A stretch of 64,000 nucleotides of DNA. It comes from Candidatus Levybacteria bacterium RIFCSPHIGHO2_01_FULL_40_16 (lineage in GTDB: Bacteria; Patescibacteriota; Microgenomatia; Levybacterales; UBA12049). The stretch covers positions 649-64,648 of the forward strand of contig MFNS01000001.1 of NCBI GenBank assembly GCA_001783805.1, read 5' to 3'. The translations under genes were made by a program, and so were the position numbers. Shown piece after piece: positions 40,704 to 51,095 of this stretch (positions are counted from its first letter, which is position 1; each line of letters begins with the position of its first letter). The notes beneath the pieces were generated by a model. The model was not told the DNA's origin and did no database searches. It worked only from the letters and a program-made list of their open reading frames with translations.

Positions 40704-42318
40704 GTATTTAAACAAAAATATAATTCTATTTTTTATAGTTTTAATTGCTTTTTTCTTAAGGATTTATGCTTTGGATAAAATTCCGGATAGTCTTAATCCT
40801 GACGAAGCGGCAATAGGCTATACTTCTTATTCATTTTTAATGTCGGGAGCAGATGAGCATGGTAAATTTTTACCTTTATCTACGCAATCTTTTGGCGACT
40901 GGAAATTATCTCTTTATTCATACATTGGAATTCTGCCGGTAGCGTTGTTTGGCTTAAATGAATTTTCTGTAAGATCTGTAAGCATGCTATCCGGAATTAT
41001 TGGAGTTCTATTAATTTATTTCATAAGCAACACGCTTTTTGGCAAAAGATCAATTGCCTTGCTTTCTGCTTTATTCTTTGCCATTTCTCCTTGGAACATT
41101 TATTTCTCGCGTGCAGCTTATGAGGTTAATTTAGCAACAACGATTTTTCTGGGAGGACTATTGGTTTTCTTAAAATATGTTTATTCTGATAAAAAAAACG
41201 TAAAACTGCTGACGATATCCTTAGTACTTTTTGCTCTTACAATGTTTACTTATCATAGCTATATATTATTTACTCCCGTTTTTGTTTTAGCACTGATAAT
41301 ATTTTTTAGAGAATCAATTTTTATAAATAAAAAATCCTATTTATCAATCACAATTTTTATTATTTTGAGTATTATTTCTATCTTTAGTGCCTCTTCAGGA
41401 GGTAATAAGTTATCGACATTGATAATTAATGATAGAAATATAATTTATGAGCGGGTAGAAAAATTAAGAGGAGATAATGCTCTGAAAAATCTTCTTTTTG
41501 AAAAGCTATTGTTAAATAAATATTTTGGTGTTTCTTATCAAGTTGCACAAAATTATATTAATTCTTTTTCTCCAAGTTTTCTTTTTGATAAAGGAGGAGA
41601 AAAATTGGTACATAATATCGGAGCGTTTGGTAATATATATATATTTGACGCCTTATTCCTTTTAGCCGGTTTTGCCGGATTATTTTGGAATAGAGAGAAA
41701 TCCCTAAGATTGCTTATTCTTTGGTTAATTGTTGCGCCAATATCTTCTGCTATAACTAAAGATGCTCCTAACTCAACCCGCTTATTTGTTTTGATGCCTC
41801 TTTTTGTGCTGGTTGCGTCCTATGGCGCTTATCAAATTTTCGTTTTTTTGAAAAAAAACACAGTTATAAACCTTGCTATAAAAGGATTATTAATTTTCCT
41901 TTTCCTATTAAATGTGTTGTTTTTTCTAGACGTCTATTTTGTCCATTTCAACGTACAAAGAGCCAGATTTTGGCATTTTGGATATCGTGAAGCAGTAAAA
42001 TTAACCGATAAATACTCCACATATAACGTAGCAATGCGGGGACCGGAAAATTTTCCTTACATATATTTTTTGTTTTACGAAAAATATAATCCTTATCAAT
42101 TCAGGAAAGAGGTGACTTATTATCCTCCAACCTCCGAGGGGTTTTATTATGTAAAAAGTTTTGGAAGATATCAATTTGTCGACAAAATCGATTACTCGCA
42201 CCTTGCAAAAAACACAATCTATATAGACGATACCCGTTTGGATGATAAAAAACATTCAATATTTCTACCGTCTGGTGAGCCCATTCTTGGCTACTATATA
42301 GTAGGAAATAATAAATGA
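40690..42318 (+). CDS. GT-C (ArnT/PMT-like) glycosyltransferase
   Basis: PDSLNPDEAAIGY, SFGDWK, SPW..FSRAAYE, W..GY. Confidence 0.82.
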   Translation: MKISRYLNKNIILFFIVLIAFFLRIYALDKIPDSLNPDEAAIGYTSYSFLMSGADEHGKFLPLSTQSFGDWKLSLYSYIGILPVALFGLNEFSVRSVSMLSGIIGVLLIYFISNTLFGKRSIALLSALFFAISPWNIYFSRAAYEVNLATTIFLGGLLVFLKYVYSDKKNVKLLTISLVLFALTMFTYHSYILFTPVFVLALIIFFRESIFINKKSYLSITIFIILSIISIFSASSGGNKLSTLIINDRNIIYERVEKLRGDNALKNLLFEKLLLNKYFGVSYQVAQNYINSFSPSFLFDKGGEKLVHNIGAFGNIYIFDALFLLAGFAGLFWNREKSLRLLILWLIVAPISSAITKDAPNSTRLFVLMPLFVLVASYGAYQIFVFLKKNTVINLAIKGLLIFLFLLNVLFFLDVYFVHFNVQRARFWHFGYREAVKLTDKYSTYNVAMRGPENFPYIYFLFYEKYNPYQFRKEVTYYPPTSEGFYYVKSFGRYQFVDKIDYSHLAKNTIYIDDTRLDDKKHSIFLPSGEPILGYYIVGNNK

Positions 42319-43934
42319 AGAGACAATATCTAATTTTAATATTAATAATTCTATTGGCAGCTTTTCTAAGATTTTGGCAATTGGGTGAAAATCCCCCCTC
42401 GTTAACCTGGGATGAAGCAGCATGGGGATACAATGCTTATTCTTTGGGGATAGATGGAAAAGATGAATTTGGAAGATTTTTGCCGCTTAACTATTTAGAG
42501 TCGTTTGGTGATTTCAAACCACCGATGTATGCATACTTAGATATTATTCCCGTTAAGCTGTTTGGGTTGAATGAATTTGCAACAAGATTTCCTTCGGCAT
42601 TTTTTGGAGTATTGACAGTCCTAATCACTTATTTTTTAACAAAAAGAATTTTTTGGAATTCCAGATCAAGAGAAACGTACGCTTTACTTTCCGCTCTTTT
42701 TCTGGCAATTTCACCTTGGTATATTTTGTTGTCGCGAGCTGCATTTGAGGCAAATGTGGCGAATTTTTTTATAGTTTTTGGAGTTTTTGCATTTTTGGAA
42801 GGAGTGTTGAATAAAAAATGGCTTCTAGTCTTATCGGCAATTTCCTTCGCGCTTTCTTTTTACACATTTAACACGGCAAGGGTTGTTTCTCCGATTATGG
42901 TTATTTTACTTGCTATTATATTTAGGAAAAATCTCTGGAAAATAAAAAAAACAGTTATTCTCTCGGCAATTATTGGTTTTTTGGTTTTTTTGCCTACCTT
43001 CGGGTTTCTGCTAAGTCCGCAGGCGAGCCTAAGGTTTCAAGAAGTTAATATTTTTTCCGATACGGCAATCATTAAAGAGTCAAATCAAGAAATCGTCAAT
43101 GACAATAACGCTTGGTGGTCAAAGATAATCCACAATAGAAGATTTCTATATGGACTTGATTATCTAAAACACTATTTTGACAATTTTAATCCGGGGTTCT
43201 TATTTATAACAGGGGATGGTAACCCAAAGTTTTCTACACAAACAGTCGGGCAAATGTATGTCTGGGATATAATATTCTTTGTTTCCGGTTTAGTTTTTTT
43301 ATTCAAAAAAAAGGAGGGTAATTGGTGGATTATTCCTTCGTGGCTTTTGATAGGAATTATACCGGCTGCTTTGGCCAAAGAAACTCCTCATGCCTTAAGG
43401 ATTGAATCCTCCTTGCCTACATTTCAAATTATCGTAGCGTATGGCTTTATTCAATTAATAGATAAAATTAATAAATACAAAAAAACAATTATTTATTGCC
43501 TACTACTTCCTTTGTTTGTCAATTTTTTCTATTTTTTTCATGATTATTTTTATAGTTATAAGTATGAATATTCCGGTGAATGGCAGTATGGCTATAAACA
43601 ATCAATTGATTATGTAAAGTCAGTAGAGGATAATTATGATTTCATACAGGCATCAAATTATTTAGGCAGAGCTTATGTCTACTACCTTTTTTATACAAAA
43701 ACAGATCCGAATTATTTTAGAGAGACTGTAAATATAAGTAGAGACATATTTGGTTTCGTTTCGGTTAACAGTTTTGGGAAGTATATTTTTCCTCAAAATT
43801 TTAATCATAGCCTAAGCGCTACGAAGAAAGTTTTATATATAGATAATTCAAAAAATCTGCCGGGCAACGCTAAGGTATTGAAAAGATTTTACCTTCTGAA
43901 CGGCGAAGAAAAATTAGTCGCATACACAATATGA
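42315..43934 (+). CDS. GT-C (ArnT/PMT-like) glycosyltransferase
   Basis: PPSLTWDEAAWGYNAYS, SFGDFKPP, SRAAFE, WQYGY. Confidence 0.82.
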   Translation: MKRQYLILILIILLAAFLRFWQLGENPPSLTWDEAAWGYNAYSLGIDGKDEFGRFLPLNYLESFGDFKPPMYAYLDIIPVKLFGLNEFATRFPSAFFGVLTVLITYFLTKRIFWNSRSRETYALLSALFLAISPWYILLSRAAFEANVANFFIVFGVFAFLEGVLNKKWLLVLSAISFALSFYTFNTARVVSPIMVILLAIIFRKNLWKIKKTVILSAIIGFLVFLPTFGFLLSPQASLRFQEVNIFSDTAIIKESNQEIVNDNNAWWSKIIHNRRFLYGLDYLKHYFDNFNPGFLFITGDGNPKFSTQTVGQMYVWDIIFFVSGLVFLFKKKEGNWWIIPSWLLIGIIPAALAKETPHALRIESSLPTFQIIVAYGFIQLIDKINKYKKTIIYCLLLPLFVNFFYFFHDYFYSYKYEYSGEWQYGYKQSIDYVKSVEDNYDFIQASNYLGRAYVYYLFYTKTDPNYFRETVNISRDIFGFVSVNSFGKYIFPQNFNHSLSATKKVLYIDNSKNLPGNAKVLKRFYLLNGEEKLVAYTI

Positions 43935-45586
43935 AAAAAATTATTTGGATATTATTAGCTGCAATTATTTTGGGAGGCGCATTGAGATTGTGGCAGCTTG
44001 GAAACATTCCTCCTTCTCCTGATTGGGATGAAGCTTCTCTAGGATATGATGCATATTCAATCCTCCAAACCGGGAAGGACCAATTTGGAGAGTTCTTGCC
44101 GGTTGTTCTTCGCTCTTTTAATGATTATAAGCCTGCATTCTACGCATATCTAGCCATACCTTCAATCTTTGTGTTTGGTTTAAATACTCTTGCAGTTAGG
44201 TTCCCTTCGGCTATTTTTGGAATATTATCAATCATTGCTGTATTTTATTTGGTAAAAGAAATATTTGAAAATTATAAATATAAAGATTATCTGGCCGTTA
44301 TTTCCAGTTTTTTACTGGCAATTTCTCCTTTGTCCATTCAATTTTCAAGGGTGGGGTTTGAGTCAAATGTCGGGACCGCCTTTAATATTTTTGCAGCTCT
44401 TTTTTTTCTGAAAGGTCTTAAAAAGCCATGGCTTTTGTCTCTTTCGGCAATTTGTGCGGGACTTGCTATCTACACTTATCAAAGCGAAAAAGTTTTCACA
44501 CCTTTACTTTTGCTCGTAATGGTTTTGCTGTTCAGGAAAAAACTATTTTCAATAAATAAAAAATATCTAGCTTCAGCTTTTGTTATTGGAGCGATAATTG
44601 TTCTGTCAATGATTTTTTATACATTTACGGACAAGTCTTCCTTAGAAAGACTGCGGGGAACGAGTGTTTTTTCTTCCCAGACAGAACTTCTTAAAGCAAA
44701 TTTAAGAAAATTGGATAGGGATCAGCAAAACAATGATAAGTTGGGATTATTTCTGGATAATAGGAGAATTGTTTATGCCAAGACTATTCTTCAAAGTTAT
44801 TTAACTCATTTTGATTTAAACTGGCTATTTATTCAGGGTGATATCGCCAGGCATCATGCTCATGGAATGGGGATAATGTATCTGTTTGAGTTTCCGCTTT
44901 TACTTTTGGGGATTTACAGCCTGCTATTCGGGCAATTCGATAGGAGAACAAAATTACTTATATTTTTATGGGTTCTAATTACTCCTATTCCGGCTTCGGT
45001 TACAATGGGAGTTCCTAGCGCGGTCAGGACGCTTAATTTTTTGCCGGCAGTTCAAATACTAACTGCTTTAGGAGTTTTGTCGGCAATAAAACTTGTATCA
45101 GATATTGAATATCAAGTATTAGGTTTACGATTAAAATATCTTATTTTTTTCTTTTCTTTTTGTTTTTTCATATTTAATTTTTCATATTATCTTAACCAAT
45201 ATTTTGTCCAATCAAATTATTATGACTCGGCCTACTGGCAATATGGCTATAAACAGGCAGTTGATGAGTCTTTGAAATTGCAAGATAAATATCAGAAAAT
45301 AATTGTATCGAACAATGAGTCAATGAACCAGTCATATATATATTTCTTATTTTATTTAAGATACCCGCCTCAAGATTATCAGAAAATTGTCAATAATAAA
45401 CCTAAAGGCACTTTTGATAATTCCTTTGGAGAGTATATTTTTAAGAAAATTGATTGGGGAAAAGACTCTTTAATAAAAAATGTTTTATATATTGCAAATC
45501 CAAACGAAATTCCGGATAGGGTACAAACAATAAAAACCATTTATAATTTAAATGGAACACCGGCAATTAAGATCGTCGGCACGTAG
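43931..45586 (+). CDS. GT-C (ArnT/PMT-like) glycosyltransferase
   Basis: PPSPDWDEASLGYDAYS, SFNDYKP, FSR..FE, WQYGY. Confidence 0.82.
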   Translation: MKKIIWILLAAIILGGALRLWQLGNIPPSPDWDEASLGYDAYSILQTGKDQFGEFLPVVLRSFNDYKPAFYAYLAIPSIFVFGLNTLAVRFPSAIFGILSIIAVFYLVKEIFENYKYKDYLAVISSFLLAISPLSIQFSRVGFESNVGTAFNIFAALFFLKGLKKPWLLSLSAICAGLAIYTYQSEKVFTPLLLLVMVLLFRKKLFSINKKYLASAFVIGAIIVLSMIFYTFTDKSSLERLRGTSVFSSQTELLKANLRKLDRDQQNNDKLGLFLDNRRIVYAKTILQSYLTHFDLNWLFIQGDIARHHAHGMGIMYLFEFPLLLLGIYSLLFGQFDRRTKLLIFLWVLITPIPASVTMGVPSAVRTLNFLPAVQILTALGVLSAIKLVSDIEYQVLGLRLKYLIFFFSFCFFIFNFSYYLNQYFVQSNYYDSAYWQYGYKQAVDESLKLQDKYQKIIVSNNESMNQSYIYFLFYLRYPPQDYQKIVNNKPKGTFDNSFGEYIFKKIDWGKDSLIKNVLYIANPNEIPDRVQTIKTIYNLNGTPAIKIVGT

Positions 45587-45594
45587 GGGAACAT

Positions 45595-47097
45595 ATGGGA
45601 AGATTTATAAAAAAAGAGCTGTTGATATTGTATCTAATTATTTTTGTGGGTTTATTTTTAAGAGTGCAGGGAATTTTTACAAATTCTTTTGCTTTTACTT
45701 ATGATGTCGGGCGGGATATGCTTGCTGTTAGCGACATTGTCCATTTGGGTAAAATTCTCCTTATCGGTCAAACGACCGGGCTTCCCGGATTATTCTATGG
45801 GCCGTGGTGGTATTATATCCTAATTCCTCCATTTGTTTTGGCTTCCGGAGATCCGGCCGGCGTAGCATTATTTATAGCTTTAAGCGGGGCTGTAACTGTC
45901 CTTTTGGGATTTAAATTGGGGAAAGGTATTGGGGGAACAGTTCTTGGTTTAGTATTTGCTTCTTTTCTATCTTTTTCTCCTGTAATGGTTGGGCTAACAA
46001 GTCAGATTTGGAACCCCAACCTTATACCTCTTTTTATAATCATTTTTATGTACTGCCTTCATCGGATTTTCGTTTTCTTGGAGAAGAAAAAGGGTATAGG
46101 AGTAGCGTATCTCTTGTTTCTAGGCTTACTTTTGGGACTTATCTTAGATCTTGAAGTTGTCTTTGGTCTGCTTTTTCTTGTTGGCGCAATTATTTCAATA
46201 ATTTTATTTTTAGGTAAACGAATTAAATTGAAAGATTACCTATTTATTATTTTAGGATTTTTCATAATTATGTTTCCCCGCATAGTATTTGAATTAAGAC
46301 ATAATTTTTTAATGACTAATGCCCTGATGTCATTTGTTGGGAATACTTTGTCATCGTCAAATGGGAGTCAAAGCTCTTTTGCGCCTGTTAATAGTTTTAT
46401 TAGATTGTATGGGTTGTGGACGGATACTATTTCGATGGGAAACGTATTTTGGGGTTTTGTTTTATTATTTTTATTAGCATTTGGTTTAATTTCATTACAT
46501 AAAAAAATGGAAAAAGAGAAAAAGTTTTTTTTATTAATTAATTTAATAATTTTAACAACGTTTCTGATTGGTCTTAGTTTTTTTCCAGGAGCCATTTGGA
46601 GTCATTATATTGTAGGAATTCCGGTTCTTTACATTTTCATTCTAAGTATTGCAGTTTCGAAACTTCTACATCTTAAGAAAACAAGATTCATTATTGTTTT
46701 GGCATTTGTTATTCTATTGGCGTCATATGTGAATCCAATACGAATAATAAGTGAATACCAAAAGCCATTATGGGAAGGGGACGCGTCCGTGTATAGAAAT
46801 CAACTTGTAATTGTAGACTATATTTATAAAGAGGCTCAGGGAAAAGAGTTTAAATATGTAGTTTATACGCCGCCGGTTCACGATTACACATACAAGTATC
46901 TTTTTAAATGGTATGGTCTGAATAAATATAATTATTTACCAAGTAGCAATTCTCGTCTTGCATATTTTATCCTTGAACCGGATTTGCAATATCCCTCAAG
47001 ACTTACGGATTGGTTAAGATTAAGGGAAAAGGATGGCAGAATAATAAAAGCAGAAAAATTTAAAAGCGGAATTATTGTTCAGACGAGAATCCATTAA
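45595..47097 (+). CDS. GT-C (PMT_2-like) membrane glycosyltransferase
   Basis: FTYDVGRD, G...GP.WYY, WNPN, P...FELRH.F. Confidence 0.78.
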   Translation: MGRFIKKELLILYLIIFVGLFLRVQGIFTNSFAFTYDVGRDMLAVSDIVHLGKILLIGQTTGLPGLFYGPWWYYILIPPFVLASGDPAGVALFIALSGAVTVLLGFKLGKGIGGTVLGLVFASFLSFSPVMVGLTSQIWNPNLIPLFIIIFMYCLHRIFVFLEKKKGIGVAYLLFLGLLLGLILDLEVVFGLLFLVGAIISIILFLGKRIKLKDYLFIILGFFIIMFPRIVFELRHNFLMTNALMSFVGNTLSSSNGSQSSFAPVNSFIRLYGLWTDTISMGNVFWGFVLLFLLAFGLISLHKKMEKEKKFFLLINLIILTTFLIGLSFFPGAIWSHYIVGIPVLYIFILSIAVSKLLHLKKTRFIIVLAFVILLASYVNPIRIISEYQKPLWEGDASVYRNQLVIVDYIYKEAQGKEFKYVVYTPPVHDYTYKYLFKWYGLNKYNYLPSSNSRLAYFILEPDLQYPSRLTDWLRLREKDGRIIKAEKFKSGIIVQTRIH

Positions 47098-47150
47098 ATT
47101 TCCTCATTTTGGTTTGTAAATAGGTTATTTTATTGTTATGATAGTTCAGT

Positions 47151-47927
47151 ATGGCAAGGATGACCCTTTCTGTTGTCTTGGCGACCCATAATGAGGAAGA
47201 AAATTTACCCGGATGTTTGGATTCTGTTCGCAATTTGGCAGATGAAATAATTATTGTTGATGGATCATCTATGGATAGGACAGTAGAAATCGCCAAAAAA
47301 TACGGCGCAAAAATAAAAATAACCACAAATAAGCCAAATTTTCATATCAATAAGCAAATGGCAATTGATATGGCAACCGGTGATTGGATTCTGCAATTGG
47401 ACGCCGATGAAAAGGTTTCGCCTGAACTTGTTCAGGAAATTAAATCCGAAATCCGAAATCCGAAATCCGAAATAAATGGTTATTGGATGCCGAGAAAAAA
47501 TTGGTTTTTGGGGAGATTCTTAATGAAAGGCGGTCAGTATCCTGATTATACTTTGCGGCTTTATCGCAAGGGCAAAGGACGCCTTCCTCAGGCACACGTT
47601 CATGAGCAGGCGGAGGTTATGGGTCGTGTTGAATATTTAAAACAAGCTCTCCTGCATTATCCATATAAAAATTTTGCGTCTTATCTTTTGAAGTGGAATA
47701 GATACAATGATCTTTTGGTAATGCAAATTAAAGAAAGTTTGGAAAATAAAAATTTTATTGCGAAAATTGGTTATGGGATTGGGTATTCGATAATTAAACC
47801 GGCGCATTGGTTCTTAACAACCTACATAAGGCATAAGGGATTTGTGGATTCGTGGTCCGGATTCATTTTCTCTCTTTTCTCCGCGTTAAGATTTCCTGTA
47901 TCATATATTAGATACCTATCCTTATGA
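47151..47927 (+). CDS. GT2 glycosyltransferase (LgtF/WaaE-like)
   Basis: NEEENL, DGSSMD, WILQLDADE, YPD...RL, VHE. Confidence 0.88.
   Translation: MARMTLSVVLATHNEEENLPGCLDSVRNLADEIIIVDGSSMDRTVEIAKKYGAKIKITTNKPNFHINKQMAIDMATGDWILQLDADEKVSPELVQEIKSEIRNPKSEINGYWMPRKNWFLGRFLMKGGQYPDYTLRLYRKGKGRLPQAHVHEQAEVMGRVEYLKQALLHYPYKNFASYLLKWNRYNDLLVMQIKESLENKNFIAKIGYGIGYSIIKPAHWFLTTYIRHKGFVDSWSGFIFSLFSALRFPVSYIRYLSL
47442..47469 (+). repeat. (AAATCCG)x4 heptamer tandem repeat inside a GT2 gene
   Basis: Four perfect copies; encodes KSEIRNPKSE. Confidence 0.9.
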
Positions 47928-48895
47928 AAATTTTGGTGACCGGTGGAGCAGGCTATATAGGAAGCATTATGACCAAACGTCTTCTCGAAAGAGGAGATGA
48001 GGTAGTTGTTGTGGATAGTTTGGAAAGGGGACATAGGGAGACTGTGGATCCGAAAGCTAAATTAATGATTGGTAATCTCTTAGATAAGGCATTTGTTTCT
48101 TTAGCGTTTCAAGAAAGTCGTTTTGATGCCGTTATTCATTTTTCAGGCTATATTTCCATGGGAGAATCTATGGAAAATCCATATCTCTATTTTCAAAACA
48201 ATATTTTTTCCTCGCTTAATTTAATGGAGGAGATGGTAAAAACAAAAACGGATAACTTAATCTTTTCTTCAACAGCAGGTGTTTATGGAAATCCCGTAAA
48301 ACTTCCTATTCCGGAGGATCATCCTAGGAATCCGGAAAATCCATATGGTGAGAGTAAGTTGATGGTTGAAAAATTAATGTCATGGTATCAAAAAACTCAT
48401 GGTTTAAATTCAGTAGCTCTAAGATATTTTAATGCTTCGGGGGCATCCCTTGACGGAAAGCTTGGGGAAAACCATAATCCTGAAAGTCATATTATTCCCA
48501 ATATAATGAAGGCTATTTTAGCAGGAGAAAGTTTTAAATTGTTTGGTACAGATTACAAAACAAAAGATGGGACTTGCGTGCGTGACTATATTCACGTGAT
48601 TGATCTGGTAGGAGCACATGTTTTAGCAATTGATAAATTAATGAAAGACAAAGGAATGTTTTCATATAATGTGGGAACCGGTAACGGATATTCCAACAGA
48701 GAAGTTATTGAGATGGCTAAAAGAATTTCGGGCAAAGATTTTCAAGTTGAGGAATCAGCGAGAAGACCCGGAGATGCGGATACATTGATAGCGGATGCTT
48801 CAAAAATAAAAGAAGAACTTGGTTTTAATCCTAAATATTCAGACCTTGAGACAATTGTTAATTCCGCTTGGCAGTGGCACAAGAAACAAAGTTGA
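47924..48895 (+). CDS. galE: UDP-glucose 4-epimerase
   Basis: TGGAGYIGS, FSSTAGVYG, YGESK, LRYFN, DGTCVRDYIHV. Confidence 0.94.
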   Translation: MKILVTGGAGYIGSIMTKRLLERGDEVVVVDSLERGHRETVDPKAKLMIGNLLDKAFVSLAFQESRFDAVIHFSGYISMGESMENPYLYFQNNIFSSLNLMEEMVKTKTDNLIFSSTAGVYGNPVKLPIPEDHPRNPENPYGESKLMVEKLMSWYQKTHGLNSVALRYFNASGASLDGKLGENHNPESHIIPNIMKAILAGESFKLFGTDYKTKDGTCVRDYIHVIDLVGAHVLAIDKLMKDKGMFSYNVGTGNGYSNREVIEMAKRISGKDFQVEESARRPGDADTLIADASKIKEELGFNPKYSDLETIVNSAWQWHKKQS

Positions 48896-50028
48896 AAACA
48901 ATTAAATTTTGGAAAATTATTCAAGTAATTCTTCTTCTAATTATTATTTATAATTTCTCTTTGGTTGTCTGGCAAAATAAGGACAAATATCTATCAAAGA
49001 ATTATTGGCAGCAATATCCAAATTTAAAACAAATATATTATGGGTCAATCTACAAAAATAAGTACGGAACATGGGTGCACGATGAAATACTATATTCGTA
49101 TATAGGAGGAGCGTTAATCAAGGGAGCGAATCCAATATTGCTTAATCCGGAAGTTCCGCCGCTTGGAACATATCTTATTGGAGCTTCCATACTAATATTT
49201 AGCAATCAAAATGTTGTAATCGCTATTTCTGGAGCATTTGCTTTATTCTTAATGTATCTCATTGGCAAACAAATTTATAGTTCAAATTTCATTGCTCTTT
49301 TACCTCCATTTTTTTTAAGTTTTGAGCCTATTTTTAGAAATCAACTGGTTTACACGCCACTTCTTGATATTATGCAACTTACTTTTTTACTTTCGATTTT
49401 TTATTTTTTCAATAAATCAATTTCTGCAGACAATTATGGAAAATATTATTTGGTTACAATTGTTTTATTAGGCTTTTTTATATCAACAAAATTTTTTGGT
49501 ACAGGAATTGCTGTGGTTGGGGCTCTTATTATTACACTTCTTTTAAACTTTAACGAAAAACGTTTTATGTTTTTCCTCGGCATGATTCCCCTGTCTATTG
49601 TAATTTTATATTCAACCTACTTTAGAGTATTGATTGACGGATATCCATTTCACAAGTTTTTAGGTATTCAGAAGTGGATTTATTTATACAACACGGGTCA
49701 TCTTACCCAGCCTTTTACGCTTTGGCCCCTGTTATTTCTTAATCAATGGCATGTATGGTTTGGTGACAAACCCATAATAACAGATCCGCAGTGGTTAATA
49801 ACATGGCCCATATTCACGACCTTATCGCTTTTAACAATATTTTTATATTTTTTTATTTTTAGAACGAAGAAAAAAGAGGCTGAAATATTGTTCTTGTGGA
49901 TTGTAATGTATCTAATACTTATGAGTTTCGTTCAGATTTCCGCACGATATTTTGTTATACTTATTCCCATATTGTATCTCGTAGGCGTGTACGGTTTATT
50001 GGAGTTCATAAGATTTATTAAAAAATGA
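48892..50028 (+). CDS. GT-C-like membrane glycosyltransferase
   Basis: HDE.LY...G, NPEVPPLG.Y; many TMs; TTG start overlapping the galE stop (alternative start 48868). Confidence 0.7.
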   Translation: MKTIKFWKIIQVILLLIIIYNFSLVVWQNKDKYLSKNYWQQYPNLKQIYYGSIYKNKYGTWVHDEILYSYIGGALIKGANPILLNPEVPPLGTYLIGASILIFSNQNVVIAISGAFALFLMYLIGKQIYSSNFIALLPPFFLSFEPIFRNQLVYTPLLDIMQLTFLLSIFYFFNKSISADNYGKYYLVTIVLLGFFISTKFFGTGIAVVGALIITLLLNFNEKRFMFFLGMIPLSIVILYSTYFRVLIDGYPFHKFLGIQKWIYLYNTGHLTQPFTLWPLLFLNQWHVWFGDKPIITDPQWLITWPIFTTLSLLTIFLYFFIFRTKKKEAEILFLWIVMYLILMSFVQISARYFVILIPILYLVGVYGLLEFIRFIKK

Positions 50029-51092
50029 AGATTGCAGTTGACATATCTCCGCTCAAAAGTGAACATTATTTACAACATCGGGTAAGAGGAACGGGATTTT
50101 ATCTAGAGAATTTGAAAAGTTCGTTTTTAAAGTATTATTCTCACAATAAGTACATATTTTTTACTCGAGGTGAAAAATTACCCAATGACATCGATGTTGT
50201 TCATTATCCTTATTTTGAACCATTTTTTCTGACGCTTCCGGTATTCTCCAAAAATAAAACAATTGTTACGGTTCATGACCTAACTCCCTTAGTCTTCCCC
50301 GATCATTTTAAATCGGGATTAAAAGGCAATCTCAAATGGCAAATTCAAAAACTGGCATTAAGGAATGCGGGTACGATAATTACCGATTCTGAATCTTCAA
50401 AAAAAGATATCATTAAATACGCTGGGATTAGCTCAGCAAAAATTAGGGTTGTATATTTGGCCGCAGGAGAAGAATTCGAAAGATTTAAGACGGATGATTT
50501 AAGAGTAAGGAAGATAAAAGAAAAATATCATTTGCCGGAGAAATTTTCGTTGTATGTTGGAGATGCAACTTGGAATAAAAATTTACCAAGATTAATAGAA
50601 GCTGCCTCTAAAGCTAAAGCGCCGCTTGCAATGGTAGGAAAAGCCTTAATTGATAAAGATATTGACATTCATAATCCTTGGAATGAGGATTTGGTAAGAA
50701 TTCAAGAGTTGTCAGAAAAAGACAAAAATGTTTTCCGTCTGGGTTTTATCCCTCAAGAAGATTTAGTTGCTCTATATAATACAGCGACCCTTTTTGTTAT
50801 GCCCTCCATTTATGAAGGCTTTGGGTTGCCAATCCTTGAAGCAATGAGCTGCGGATGCCCTGTGGTGGCGTCAAAAGGAGGCTCCTTGCCAGAGGTGGTG
50901 GGGGAAGCCGGAAGATTCGTAGATCCTTACGATGTTGAAAGTATTGCTAATGGAATTAAAGAAGTGTTTAATGATCCAAGTTTGCAAAAAGAACTTTCAC
51001 AAAAGGGAATAATTCAAGCAAAAAAATTCACTTGGGAAAAAACAGTGGAGAAAACAATGGGTGTATACAAAAGCGTTGTAGCAAATATTTAA
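50025..51092 (+). CDS. GT4 glycosyltransferase (mannosyltransferase-like)
   Basis: RGTG.Y, VTVHDL, KN, PS.YEGFGLPILEAMSCG. Confidence 0.92.
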   Translation: MKIAVDISPLKSEHYLQHRVRGTGFYLENLKSSFLKYYSHNKYIFFTRGEKLPNDIDVVHYPYFEPFFLTLPVFSKNKTIVTVHDLTPLVFPDHFKSGLKGNLKWQIQKLALRNAGTIITDSESSKKDIIKYAGISSAKIRVVYLAAGEEFERFKTDDLRVRKIKEKYHLPEKFSLYVGDATWNKNLPRLIEAASKAKAPLAMVGKALIDKDIDIHNPWNEDLVRIQELSEKDKNVFRLGFIPQEDLVALYNTATLFVMPSIYEGFGLPILEAMSCGCPVVASKGGSLPEVVGEAGRFVDPYDVESIANGIKEVFNDPSLQKELSQKGIIQAKKFTWEKTVEKTMGVYKSVVANI

Positions 51093-51095
51093 GGC

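Noticed and set aside
22332-45586. Similar segments among GT-C genes as a possible DGR template/variable repeat or recombination cassette
   Set aside because: The similarity I could see is at protein-motif level with synonymous divergence; no near-identical DNA pair and no reverse transcriptase in the window.
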